Shown here piece after piece: positions 51,470-64,000 of a stretch of 64,000 bases of DNA. The stretch spans positions 51,770,001 through 51,834,000 of the forward strand of contig OX597818.1 in the NCBI GenBank assembly GCA_951406725.2, in the 5' to 3' direction. Below the pieces are notes generated by a model. The model ran no database searches and was not told the DNA's origin. It saw only the letters and a list, made by a program, of their open reading frames with translations. The translations under genes were made by a program, and so were the position numbers. How positions within the stretch are numbered: the first letter of the stretch is position 1; every line of letters begins with the position of its first letter. This DNA comes from Octopus vulgaris (taxonomy: Eukaryota).

Positions 51470-52165
51470 GGTATGCAAGTGTGGTCTCCGTTCTTCAGAC
51501 AATTCTTTCCACGGTTCAACTCGTTTACTGAACTGGGCCCATAGATTAAGTGTAGACAGAAGTTGGGAACTTGGCACGCAGAGTATTGTCAGGCACTCGT
51601 GCTTCTCTCCGAAGCGGGCAACGCCGGCGACAAGGGTTCCACTTCGACCTTTTGTAGAGGGTTAGTAGAGTTTAAATGTGACGGCGTCCTGGGAGAAACC
51701 CTGGGCTTTGATGATAGTCAACTCGCCAGCCTGTACCGAAGAACATTCGGGCGAGGGCCTTTGGACAATTTCCAAAAGCCCCTGGCATGGCAATGTTACA
51801 GAGGTGCCTTACCTGTTCGGGACAAACTCTGTAGGCGTAATGTTTCAGCCACGCCAACTTATCCAAGATGCGGTGAGGACAATGGAACTCTCCTGCACGC
51901 AATTGTGAAATGTCCGAAGACATCGGAACTTATGTCGAACAACTGTTGTCACATCTGAGAAGAGTACAACTGTCAACCGAGTCTATAATTAAGATTGTTC
52001 CACCGTCTTCTTTCAATAGGAAAGAGCAGGCTAGTTTCCTTTGCGTAATAGCTACACTGAAGGAGGTAGTGTGGAAGACGAGAGTGAAAGGGATCATAAC
52101 AGGCACTTTCGTTTCCGGTCTTGGATTGGTGAACTTTTCCATATGACGGTCAGCGTCGTTGAGTA
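51470..52165 (+). mobile_element. L1/Tx1-like LINE ORF2 C-terminal fragment (zf-RVT region), frameshifted
   Basis: LAWQCYRGALPVRDKL...PRCGEDNGTLLHAIVKCP matches the L1/Tx1 C-terminal zinc-finger pattern; continues in another frame to KEVVWKTR...GLVNF. Confidence 0.85.
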
Positions 52166-52172
52166 TGCGGTA

Positions 52173-52807
<635 letters not shown>

Positions 52808-53539
52808 ATGTATATGAAAATTTTTTTAAAAAATGCGGAATTTCAAAAGTAAATGCAAATGAAGCCAAGACTATTTATTAAAATCAAAATTAGCTTCATT
52901 GGACAATCCGGACATCCTTTCTGGCACCTTTCGCTTTCCAAGAGAGTGTTCTACCACCTGAGATATTTCCAGTTTACTGACCATCGGCATTTGTCATGTA
53001 TATGAAAATTTAAAACAAAACCCGGAATTTCAAAAGTAAAGGAAATTAAGTAACAGGTAACTTATTAAAAATAAAAAGCGGATCAATTGGAGAATTCGGT
53101 ATTGATCACAATACCACACGTATGCAAATCGTGCGCGATACCAACTGAATTAATTCCTCGGTTAGTCCAGAAAAGTGTTTGTTATATATATAATAATTTT
53201 TTAAAAATCGTGAAATTTGAAATGTAAATGAAAATGAAATCAAGTTTTTAATATCTTATATATTTTTTGATATCTTATATATCTTTGAATGCAAAGCGAA
53301 AATATATAAGATATTAAAATCTTTATATATATCTTTATATATATATATATATCTTATATTTGTCCTGGGAATCGATCCCAGTACATCTTGCATGCAAAGC
53401 GAAAATTCTATCTGAATCAATTCCCCGGTTAGGGATCAAAGATTTTTGTTATGAACATGAAAATTTCACAAAACACGTAATTTCAAATGCAAATGATATC
53501 AAGTAATAGGCGAGATCTCAAAAACAAAATTTAGATTAT

Positions 53540-53612
53540 TGGAGAATCCGGGTATCGATCCCGGTACCTCTCGCATGCAAAGCGAGCGCTCTACCATCTG
53601 AGCTAATTCCCC
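53540..53612 (-). tRNA. tRNA-Ala(TGC)
   Basis: Intact cloverleaf. Confidence 0.93.
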
Positions 53613-54318
53613 AATTAAGTAGGAGAAGAGTTTGTTGTGTATATAATAATTTTAAAAAAATCACTTAGTTTCAAATGTAAATGAAAATGAAGTCGAATAA
53701 TAAACAGGATATCAAAACCAAAACTAATTTCACGGGAGAATCCAGGAATCGATTCCGGTGCCTCTCGCAGTCAAAGCGGGCAATCTACCATCTGAGCCAA
53801 TTCCCTGTTCAGTGGACGCAACTTTTTGTCATATATATGAAAAAAAATCGGAATTGCAAAAGTAAAGGAAATCAAGTGATAGACAAGATATCAAAGACAA
53901 TATATTTGTCTATTTGTTGTGTATATAATAATATAATAAAAACAATCGCGGAATTTGAAATGTAAATGAGATCAAGTAATAGGCAAGATATCGAATACAA
54001 AAGTAGCTTTATTGGAGAATCAGGGAATCGATCCCAGTAGCTTTCGCATGCAAAGCGATTGTCTAGCATTTGTCGTGTATTCAAAATATTCAAAATATGG
54101 TAAAAAGCAAAAACTCGAATTTCAAAAGTAAATAAAAAAGTAGTTTTATTGGAGAATCTGAGAATCGATCCAAGGACATCTCGCATGCAAAGCGAAAATT
54201 CCACGGTTAGGGATCAAACGTTTTTGTTATGAACATGAAAATTTCACAAAACACGTAATTTCAAATGCATATGATATCACGTAATAGGCGAGATATCAAA
54301 AGCAAAAATTTACATCAT

Positions 54319-54391
54319 TGGAGAATCCGGGTATCGATCCCGGTACCTCTCGCATGCAAAGCGAGCGCTCTACCAACTGAGCTAATTCCCC
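54319..54391 (-). tRNA. tRNA-Ala(TGC), D-loop AGTTGG
   Basis: Intact cloverleaf. Confidence 0.93.
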
Positions 54392-55427
54392 AGTAATCTT
54401 TCAAGAATGTTTGTTGTGTATATAATACTTTTTTTTTAAATCGCTTAATTTGAAATCTAAATGAAAATGAAGTCAAGTAATAAAGAAGATATCAAAACCA
54501 AAAGTTGTTTCATTGGAGAATCCAAGCATACATTCGGTACTTCTCGCAGTTAAAGCGAGCAATCTACCATCTGATTCCCCATTAAGTGGACACTTTCTTC
54601 ATTCATACGAAAAATTGAAAAAAAAAAAAAGGAAAGAAATCCGGAATCGCGAAAGTAAATGGAAAGGAAATCAAGTGATAGACAAGATATCAAAGACAAA
54701 AGTAGTTTTATTGGAGAATCCGGAGATCGATCCCAGCACTTCTCGAATGCAAAACGCGCGTTCTATTCTTGTTATGTATATGAAAATTTTCTAGAAATCC
54801 GGAATTTCAAATGAGATGAAGTAATAGACGATCTATCAAAAACATAATTGGCATTATTGGAGAATTCAGGCATAGATTCCTGTCACACCTCGCATGCAAA
54901 GCGAGCGCTTTACCCTCTGAGCCAATTCCGCGGTTAGTGACCAGCGTTTTTTAGTTGTTTTTATGTATTTGGAAATTTGAAAAATCCCGGAATTTCAAAA
55001 GAAAAAGAAAATGAAATGAAGTTTTAGACAACTTACTCAAAAAAAAAAAAAAAAGATCCACTAGAGAATCCAGACACCGATTCTGGTACCTTTCGCAGTC
55101 AAAGCAAGCATTCTACTACCTGAGCCAAAACTCCGTCTAGTGCTTAAAATTAAAAAATTAAGAAAAAATCGGAATTGCAAAGTAAATGAAAAAGAAATAA
55201 AGTGATAGACAAGATATTAAAAACAAAAGTAGCTTTATTGGAGATTCCGAGAATCGATCCCAGTACCTTTCGCATGCTGAGTTAATTCCCTGGACAGGGA
55301 TTAAACGTTTTTTGTTATGTATGTGAACATTTTACAAACCCTGATTTTCAAATGAAAATGAAATCGAACATTTTCCCACCTGAGCAAATTCCCCGGTTAG
55401 TGACCATAGGTTTCTTTTATTATGTGT

Positions 55428-55484
<57 letters not shown>

Positions 55485-56605
55485 AATCCCTGAATTTCAA
55501 ACGTAAATGAATTTGAAATCAAGTAATAGACTAGTTATAAAAAACAAAGTAACACTATTGGAGAATCCAGGCATCGATCCCGGTACCTCTCGAATGCAAA
55601 TCAAATAGTCTATGTTATGACCTAATTCTCTAGTGCATAAACATAAGTTTCTGTTATGTATATGAAATGTGAAAAAAAAAACTCTCAGGTGTTTCAAATG
55701 TAAATGAAATTAAGCAATAGACTAGATATTAAAAAAGGGAGTGGCTCCACAAGAAAACTTTAAAAAAAACTCGCCTAATTTCAAAAGTAAATGAAAATGA
55801 ATTCAAGCAACAGACAAGTTATTAAAAGCAAAATTAGCTTCACTGGTTAATCCAGACGTCCTTTCTGGAACATTTCACATATAAAAAGAGCATTCCACCA
55901 TCTGAGCTAATTCACCGGTTAGTAACGATAGGCTTTTCTTACGTATATATATATTAAAAAAAAAACCGGATTTCCAATAGTAAATAAAAATGAAACCACG
56001 TAATACACAAGATATCAAAACGAAAAGTAGTTTCATTAGAGAATCCGGGCATTGATTGCGGTACTTGTCGCAGTCAAAGCGAGCAATCTACCATCTGAGC
56101 CCGCAACCATTTGTCATGTGTATGAAAATATAGAATAAAACCGGAATTGCTAAAGTAAATGAAAGTGATAGACAAGATATTACAAACAGAAGTAGCTTTA
56201 TTGGAGAATCTGTGAATCGACCCCAGGACATCTTGCATGCAAAGCGAGCATTCTATCTGAGTTAATTGCCCGGTTAGGGATAAAACGCTGTTTTTATGAA
56301 TACGAAAATTTCACAAAACAGTGCACGCTACCATTTGTCGTGTATTCAAAATATAGAAAAAAAATCTCGAATTGCAGAAATGAAAGTGATAGGCAAGATA
56401 TTAAAACCAGAAGTAGCTTTATTGGAGAATCTGGGAATCGATCCCAGGATATCTTGCATGCAAGGCGAGTAGTCTATCTGAGTTAATTGCCCGGTTAGGG
56501 ATCAAACGTTTTGTTATAAACATGAAAATTTCACAAAACACGTAATTTCAAATGCAAATGATATCAAGTAATAGACGAGATATCAAAAACAAAAAACTAC
56601 TTTAT

Positions 56606-56678
56606 TGGAGAATTCGGGTATCGATCCCGATACCTCTCGCATGCAAAGCGAGCGCTCTACCAACTGAGCTAATTCCCC
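56606..56678 (-). tRNA. tRNA-Ala(TGC), D-loop AGTTGG
   Basis: Intact, compensatory U49-A65 pair. Confidence 0.92.
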
Positions 56679-58985
56679 AGTTGCTGTGCTAGAGTGTTCG
56701 TTGTGTATATAATAATTTTTCTAAAACATTTGCTGAATTTAAAATGTAAATAAAAATGAAGTCAAGTAATAAAGATATCAAAACCAAAAGTTGTTTCATT
56801 GGAAAATCCAGACATCGACCCCGATACCTCACGCAGTCAAAGCGAGCAATCTATCATCTGAGCCAATTCCCTGCTCAGTGGACGCAACCTTTTCTCATGT
56901 ATTCGAAAATTTGAAAAAAAAAAAAAAAACAGAATTGCAAAAGTAAATGAAAAGGAAATCAAGTGATAGACAAGATATCAAAAACAAAAGTAGTTTTAGT
57001 GGAGAATCCGGGGATCGATCCCAGTATCCCTCGAATGCAAAACGAACGTTCTACTATATGAGTTGATATTCCAGTTAGGGATCAAACCTTTTTGTTATGT
57101 ATCTGAAAATTTTCTAAAAATCCGGAATTTCAAATGAGATGAAGTAATAGACGATCTATCAAAAACATAATTAGCATTATTGGAGAATTCGGGCATCGAT
57201 TCCTGGCACATCTCGCATGCAAAGCGAGGCCTGTACCCTCTGAGCCAATTCCATGGTGAGTGACCAGCGTTTTTTTGTTGTTTTTATGTATTTGAAAATT
57301 TGAAACAATTGGAATTTCAAAAGGAAATGAAAATGAAATGAAGTTTTAGACAATTTATAAAAAAAAAATTCTAAAAAAACGTCTTCACTGTAGAATCTGG
57401 GTATCGATTTTGGCATCTGGTGAATCCGGGTATTGATCCGGCATCTCAGGCATGCAAAGCGAGCGTTCTACCATCTGAGTAAATTCTCCGGGAGAGGGAG
57501 CAATAGTTTTTTGTTGTGTATTTGAAAATTTTACAAAGCAGGAATTGCAAATAAAATCGGGCACTCTCCCACCTGAGCTAATTCCCCAGTTAGTGACCAT
57601 AGGTTTCTTTTATTATGTATATGAAAATTTAAAAATCCTCGAATTTCAAACTTAAATGAATTTGAAATCAAGTAATATACTAGATATTAAAAATAAAGTA
57701 GCATTATTGGAGAATCCGGGCATCGATCCCGGTACCTCCCGTATGCAAAGCGAGAACCGAACATCTGAGTTAATTCCCTAGTTAGCGAACTTTCATGTAA
57801 AAATTTAAGAAAAAAATCCTTGAATTTCAGAGGTAAAGGAAAATAAAATTAAGTATTACATAACTTATTCGAAGGAAAGCAGCTTCATTAAAGAATCCGG
57901 GCATCGAGCCCGGGACCCCTTGCATGCAAAGTGAGCGCTTTAACTTATGCGTTAATTACCCTGACAGCGGCGATTCGTGTTTGTTATTGTATATGATCAT
58001 TTTAAAAATATCGCGGAGTTTCAAAAGTAAATGAAAATGAATTCAAGCAACAGACAAGTTATTAAAAACAAAATTAGGTTCAGTGGTAAACCCAGACGTC
58101 CTTTCTGGTACATTTCACATACGAACAGTGCCTCGTACCAATTGAGCTAAGGCTTTTCTTATGCATATGTAAATTGAAAAAAAAACAAAAAAGAAACAAA
58201 ACAAAAAAAAAACCCGGTGTTTCAATAGTAAAATGTCGTAAATAAAAGTAGCTTTATTGAAGAATCCGGGAATCGATCCCAGTAGCTTTGCATGCTGTGT
58301 TAATTGCCTGGACAGGGATTAAACGTTTTTTGTTATGCATGTGAACATTTAACAAACCTTGGTTCAAATGAAACTGAAATCGAACACTCTCCCGCCTGAG
58401 CAAATTCCCCGGGAGTAAGCATATGTTTCTTTTGATATGCATATGAAAATTTAAAAACCCTAAAATTCAAACATAAATGAATACAAAAGGGTCCTCCTAC
58501 CAATTGAGCTATGGCTTTTCTTATGTATATGTAAAAAAAAAACAAAAAAAAAATCGGAATTCCAATAATAAATGAAAATGAAATCACGCAATACACAAGA
58601 TATCAAAACGAAAAGTAGTTTCATTAGAGAATCCGATCATTGATTGCGGTACCTGTTCCAGTCAAAGCGAGCAATCTACCATGTGAGTCATTTAGGTCCA
58701 GTGCCCGCAACCATTTGTCATGTGTATGAAAATAGAGAATAAAACCGGAATTGCAAAAGTAAATGAAAGTGAGAGACAAGATATTACAAACAGAAGTAGC
58801 TTTATTGGAGAATCTGGGAATCGATCGCAGGACATCTTTCATGAAAAGCGAGCATTCTATTTGAGTTAATTGCCCGGTTAGGGATCAAACGCTTTTGTTA
58901 TGAATACGAAAATTTCACAAAACACGTAATTTCAAATGCAAATGATATGAATAGACGAGATATCAAAAACAAAAATTTTCGATAT

Positions 58986-59058
58986 TGGAGAATCCGGGTA
59001 TCGATCCCGGTACCTCTCGCATGCAAAGCGAGCGCTCTACCAACTGAGCTAATTCCCC
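58986..59058 (-). tRNA. tRNA-Ala(TGC), D-loop AGTTGG
   Basis: Intact cloverleaf. Confidence 0.93.
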
Positions 59059-60335
59059 CGTTAATTCAGAAAGTGTTTGTTGTGTATATGATATTTTTGT
59101 TTTTAAAATCGCTGAATTTGAAATATAAATAAAAATGAAGTCAAGTAATAAAGAAGATATCAAAACCAAAAGTAGTTTCATTGGAGAATCCAAGCATGGA
59201 TTCCGGTACCTCTCACAGTGAAAGCGAGCAATCTACCATCTGAGCCTATTCCCCGCTCAGTGAACGCAACCTTTTGTCATGTATACGAAAATTCGAAGAA
59301 AAAAAAAAGAAAACGGAATTGCAAAAGTAAATGAAAAGGAAATCAAGTGATAGACAAGATATCAAAAACAAAAGTAGTTTTAGTGGAGAATCCGAGGATC
59401 GATCCCAGTACCTCTCGAATGCAAAACGAACGTTCTACTATATGAGTTGATATTCCAGTTAGGGATCAAATGTTTTTGTTCTGTATCTGAAAATTTTCTA
59501 AAAATTCGGAATTTCAAATGAGATCAAGTAATAGACGTGCTATCAAAAACATAATTGGCATTATTGGAGAACTCGGGCATCGATTCCTGGCACATCTCGC
59601 ATGCAAAGCGAAGCCTGTACCCTCTGAGCCAATTCCATGGTGAGTGACCAGCGTTTTTTTGTTGTTTTTATGTATTTGAAAATTTGAAACAATTGGAATT
59701 TCAAAAGGAAATGAAAATGAAATGAAGTTTTAGACAATTTATAAAAAACAAACAAAAAATAAACGTCTTCACTGGAGAATCTGGGTATCGATTCCGGCAT
59801 CTGGTGAATCCGGGTATCGATCCGGCATCTCAGGCATGCAAAGCGAGCGTTCTTCCATCTGAGTACATCCCCGAGAGAGAGGGAGCAATAGTTCTTTGTT
59901 GTGTATTTGAAAATTTTACGAAGCCGGAATTGCAAATTAAATCGGGCACTCTCCCGCCTGAGTTAATTCCCCAGTTAGTCACCATAGGTTTCTTTTATTA
60001 TGTATATGAAAATACATAATAGACTAGTTATTAAAAATAAAGTAGCTTATTTGGTGAATCCGGGCATCGATCCCGGTACCTCCCGTATGCAAAGCGAGTA
60101 ATCTACATTATGATCTAATTCCTTAGTGCGTAAACGTAGATTTCTGTTATGTATATGAAAATGTTTGAAAAAAACCATGGAGTTTCAAATGCTTGCATGC
60201 AAAGTGAGCATTCTATCTGAGTAAATTCCCGGCGAGGGGTCAAACGTTGATTTTATGAATATGAAAATTTCACAAAACACGTAATTTCAAATGCAAAGTA
60301 ATAGGCGAGATATCAAAAACAAAAAGTTAGATTAT

Positions 60336-60408
60336 TGGAGAATCCGGGTATCGATCCCGGTACCTCTCGCATGCAAAGCGAGCGCTCTACCATCTGAGCT
60401 AATTCCCC
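60336..60408 (-). tRNA. tRNA-Ala(TGC)
   Basis: Intact cloverleaf. Confidence 0.93.
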
Positions 60409-60840
60409 AGTTGATATGCTAGAGTGTTCGTTGTGTATATAATAATTTTTAAAAAATCGCTGAATTTGAAATGTAAATGAAAAGGGAGGCAAGTAATAAA
60501 CAGGATTTCAAAACCAAAGGTAGTTTCAATGGACAATTCAGGCATCGATTCCGGTACCTCTCGCAGTCAAAGAGAGCATTCTACTATCTGAGCCAATTCC
60601 CCGCTCAGTGGACGCAACCTTTTGTCATGTATGCGAAAATTTGAGAAGAACCGGAATTGCAGAAGTAATTGAAAAGGAAATCAAGTGACAAACAAGATAT
60701 TAAAAACAAAAGTAGCGATATTGGAGAATCTGGGAATCGATCCCAGGACATCTTGCATGCAAAGCGAGCAGTCTACCTGAGTTAATTCCCCGGTTAGGGA
60801 TCAAACGCTTTTGTTATGAATACGAAAATTTCACAAAACG

Positions 60841-61104
60841 CTGTTTCCCGATTACAATACCGTATAGGTTCCCCACCTGAACGGGACGCCGGTCTATCAA
60901 AGGTGAGCTGCAAGATGCAGGAGGAAAGAGTGAGAGAAAGTTGCGGCGAAAGAGTCAGCAGAAGTTCGCCATTACCTTCTGCGAGAGCCGCGTGGAGCTT
61001 AGGTGCTTCGCTCATAAACAAACACACATCGCCCGATCTGAGATTCGAACCCGCGAGCCCTGGTCCGCGAGTCCGCTGCTCTAACCACTGGGCCATGTGC
61101 CCCC
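60841..61104 (-). mobile_element. SINE family A with a full tRNA-derived head
   Basis: Minus strand GGGGCACATGGCCCAGTGG (A box)...GGTTCGAATCTC (B box); central domain shared with the 2764 copy. Confidence 0.82.
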
Positions 61105-61139
61105 ACTTTACATTTTAATCTGTTGTTCAAATAATTGCT

Positions 61140-61432
61140 ACTGTTGTTGCTGTGCTGCTGTGCTGTGCTGTTGAGCGAACGGTCTTCGTCCCAGGGCTCG
61201 CAAGATGGGAGAAGTCCGAAACGTGGTCCTTTGCTATTCGTAAGAGCCGCATAAGAGAAAGCAGGTCGACCCCCGACACCGAGAGCATTGACGGATGGAT
61301 GAATGCGCATCCAGGCTCAGCGGTTGCGTAGGAAGTCGGGGACAAGAAACAGGAAGAAAGAGTGAGAGAAAGTTGTGGCGAAAGAGTACAACAGGGGTCG
61401 CCACTACTCCCTGCCGGAGCTTCGTGGAGCTT
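61140..61432 (-). mobile_element. SINE family A variant, 5'-truncated, different 3' tail ending in (CAGCA/CAA)n
   Basis: Shares GAAAGAGTGAGAGAAAGTTG...CCGGAGCTTCGTGGAGCTT with the other family A copies. Confidence 0.75.
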
Positions 61433-61740
61433 TGTTGTTGCTGTTGATGTTTTTGTTGTTATTATCTTTGTTGTCACCTCGCAGCGAAGGGACCTGTGAT
61501 CGTAAATATGACAATCGCTTCTTAAACTCTCATCTTTCCATCTCTATCCATCCTCGACACTTCTCATACCCTCTCGGTTGCATTCACTCATTTTCCCCTC
61601 TGTACTCATATAAAACAATACACATCAAAATTTATTTACGATAAAACAGTAAAAATAAAGTGAAAAGCAACTAGTTTAAAATCCCTGAGCGAGAAATATG
61701 GGTATTTTTTGGTTATCTCATCCCCATTAAAAAATATTAC

Positions 61741-62165
61741 GGATCTTTTCGGTTTGAACGGCAGATTTTTCTAGCGGTGTCATATGAAATTGTCACCCAT
61801 AATTATGACCCTAGTATCGATCTATTGCATTTCAATCTGTTTTAGGGTTAGGGTTAGTTAGGGCTAGGGGTGAGGGAAGGGTATCTTTTTTCTTCAGAAA
61901 TGTAAATAAACCCAATCTGTTTCTTAAACGAGGGACATCTTCATACGGCACAGAATGTTTTCACCCAATAGACGTCATTGATTTGGTTGAAATTGCAGAA
62001 ATTGAAGAAAAACAACAACAAATATCTTACAAACTATAGAATTTTCTCAATAAAGCCAAGAGAAAAAGATGTTTTATAAACACATTCTACCAGTATACGA
62101 AGTTTAAAAGTGTTTAGTTACGTGGAAATTATTTTTAAAAACTGCCGTTCAAACCGAAAAGATCC
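61741..62165 (-). mobile_element. MITE, same family
   Basis: Both TIRs and a TTAGGG tract at about 61841-61870. Confidence 0.92.
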
Positions 62166-62447
62166 AAATTGCCATTAAAAAATTGGGTTATCTCCCCATT
62201 TAAAAACTGTTGCGACAAGAGATTGGATGAAAAGAGTTAGACCTTTTTGATTCAATACTTCAACACATCGATGACGTTTGGCCTTCTCACTAGGCATGGT
62301 TTGATTTGCTGTAAAAATGTTATGAGATTCAGTAAGATCTCTTTTACTCTTTTACTTGTTTCAGTCATTTGACTGGTAAACTTCATTAAAAAGATGGTCT
62401 TTTAAGAAATATGTTATATACATAATGAAACACAGACGCATTGACGT

Positions 62448-62520
62448 GGGGAATTAGCTCAAGTGGTAGAGCGCTCGCTTAGCATGCGAGAGGTACCAGG
62501 ATCGATGCCCGGATTCTCCA
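62448..62520 (+). tRNA. tRNA-Ala(AGC)
   Basis: Cloverleaf with D-loop AAGTGG and one A-C mismatch in the T stem. Confidence 0.78.
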
Positions 62521-62542
62521 TTAATTGTTATTTAGAATAACT

Positions 62543-62748
62543 TTTTTACTTGTTTCAGTCATTTGACTGTGGCTTTTAGTCGAGCAAATCTACCCCAGGA
62601 CTTATTCTCTATAAGCCTAGTACTTTTATTCTATCGGTCTCTTTTGCAGAACCGCTAAGTTACGGGGACGTAAACACACCAGCATCGGTTGTCAAGCGAT
62701 GTTGGTGGGGGGGGGGGCAAACATATACACACACACATACATGCATAC

Positions 62749-62804
<56 letters not shown>

Positions 62805-62958
62805 CAGGCTTCTTTCAGTTTCCGTCTACCAAATCTACTCATAAGGCTTTGGTCGGCCCGAGGCTGTAGTAGAAGACACTTGCCCAAGGTGCCACGCAGT
62901 GGGACTGAACCCGGAACCATGTGGTTGGTAAGCAAGCTACTTACCACACAGTCACTCC
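62543..62958 (-). mobile_element. SINE family C
   Basis: Reverse complement of the 4750 element with a small deletion. Confidence 0.85.
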
Positions 62959-63344
62959 CTTGATGTTTAATTTTTTTCAGCTTTCATGTTAATTAATCTT
63001 TTCAGTTATGTATGATTTGTTATAAAAATATTATCAGGTTCAATAAGATGTTTTGTCTTTCCACTTTTCATGTTTATTAATTTTTTCAGTTTTTTCTTTT
63101 TTTTTTTTTAGCGTTAAACAAATTGGATCAATTCCATCTCAATCACAGATTATTTAATTCATTTTTTAAAATTAAACAGTTTGAAACTTCGAATACTGGT
63201 AGAATTTCTCACGTAGAACACGATTTACTCTGAACGTTTTTGACAAAAATGTCCTGATTTAGAAGTTATTTCGTGTTAAAGTTGTCGTATTTGGGTAATT
63301 TCAACCAACCAACGATGTTTATTCGGTTGAAGAAAGCTACTGCT

Positions 63345-63507
63345 GTTTCCATAGTAACCAAAGATGCTGCGCATGCGCATAAGTAGCAGAAAGAGATACG
63401 AGAAAGATAATTTACTTTATAAAATCCTTGTTTAATGATTTGACATGCCGATGCCCTCCTCCCCACCGATGATGGGAAAGGCAGCGACCGTGCTGTTTTC
63501 TGATTGG
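63345..63507. promoter_or_regulatory. Promoter-like motif cluster: RFX X-box, NRF1 palindrome, CCAAT box
   Basis: GTTTCCATAGTAAC 63345-63358; TGCGCATGCGCA 63368-63379; CTGATTGGCTG 63500-63510. Motif matches only. Confidence 0.5.
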
Positions 63508-63539
63508 CTGAAAATTCTGAAATTTATCAAGCTTTGAAT

Positions 63540-63860
63540 ATCTGTGTAGCGGCACAAACAGTATGCGCCATATTGGATGAGATTTCGCCGGCAGCCATTG
63601 CCATCTCCGAGACTGGAGCGAGATCTCACCTGCATCCATTTGCCATGCGCGAGATCACAACAAGGCTTGCGATGGCAAACTGAATATAAGGGTCCAATAA
63701 ACAGATTCTCTTTTTCACCGCAAGCGCTTGCTGAACACACGTTCGCTGGCTGGGTCTCCAGGCTAGTCCTGTCTGCACGTCGTATCTCCAGAAGTAATGG
63801 GCCCGCGTTAACGGAGATACGAGACGTACATAGCTTGTGATGGTCTACAGAGAGCGACAC
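63540..63860 (+). ncRNA. Candidate structured RNA, family unassigned
   Basis: At least six nested helices found by eye; G-U wobbles favour the + strand (see findings). Confidence 0.4.
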
Positions 63861-64000
63861 ACATAATTTATTCTGTTTAACTATGTAAATAAAACTGGTT
63901 GTGAATTTGCATATCCACTTGAGACTTCTTTCCTCGCCTGCATGAACCTGAAACAACACAAAGGACAATTTTAATGGGAGGAGGCGATATTCATCCGATA

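Larger units (their letters stand above)
52810..60840 (-). repeat. Degenerate tRNA-Ala unit array with ~2.4-kb higher-order repeats
   Basis: Blocks near 54.2-55.6, 56.5-57.8 and 58.9-60.1 kb share subunit order and private variants. Confidence 0.87.

Noticed and set aside
63540-63860. Assignment to telomerase RNA, RNase P, 7SK or a Fanzor omega RNA
   Set aside because: No CCCTAA template, no convincing CR-I/CR-V or paired GATC motifs, and no nuclease ORF in the window
63432-63968. 178-aa minus-strand ORF as a gene
   Set aside because: No recognisable domain, and it starts within a splice-acceptor-like tract; kept only as a possible exon

Overview
Eukaryotic, AT-rich DNA with no intact protein-coding gene. 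The SINE families resemble those known from octopus, so a cephalopod genome is inferred, not proven. The window is essentially one large tRNA-Ala locus. It holds about 31 intact or near-intact dispersed tRNA-Ala genes sharing one body (11 AGC, 17 TGC, 3 CGC) and a homogeneous 183-bp tandem array of 43 tRNA-Ala(TGC) units (22.8-30.7 kb). A scrambled inverted copy of that array follows (30.7-38.0 kb, probably an assembly or consensus artefact). Many degenerate tRNA-Ala units are arranged in higher-order repeats. Other contents: a 13-bp satellite (1-2763), three tRNA-derived SINE families, a TTAGGG-containing MITE family with 8-bp TSDs, a deleted Tc1 element, CR1 and L1/Tx1 fragments, and several Penelope-type minimal hammerhead-like motifs. 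Near the right end is an unassigned, densely structured ~320-nt RNA candidate downstream of RFX/NRF1/CCAAT motifs. Almost all ORFs in the supplied track are repeat artefacts.
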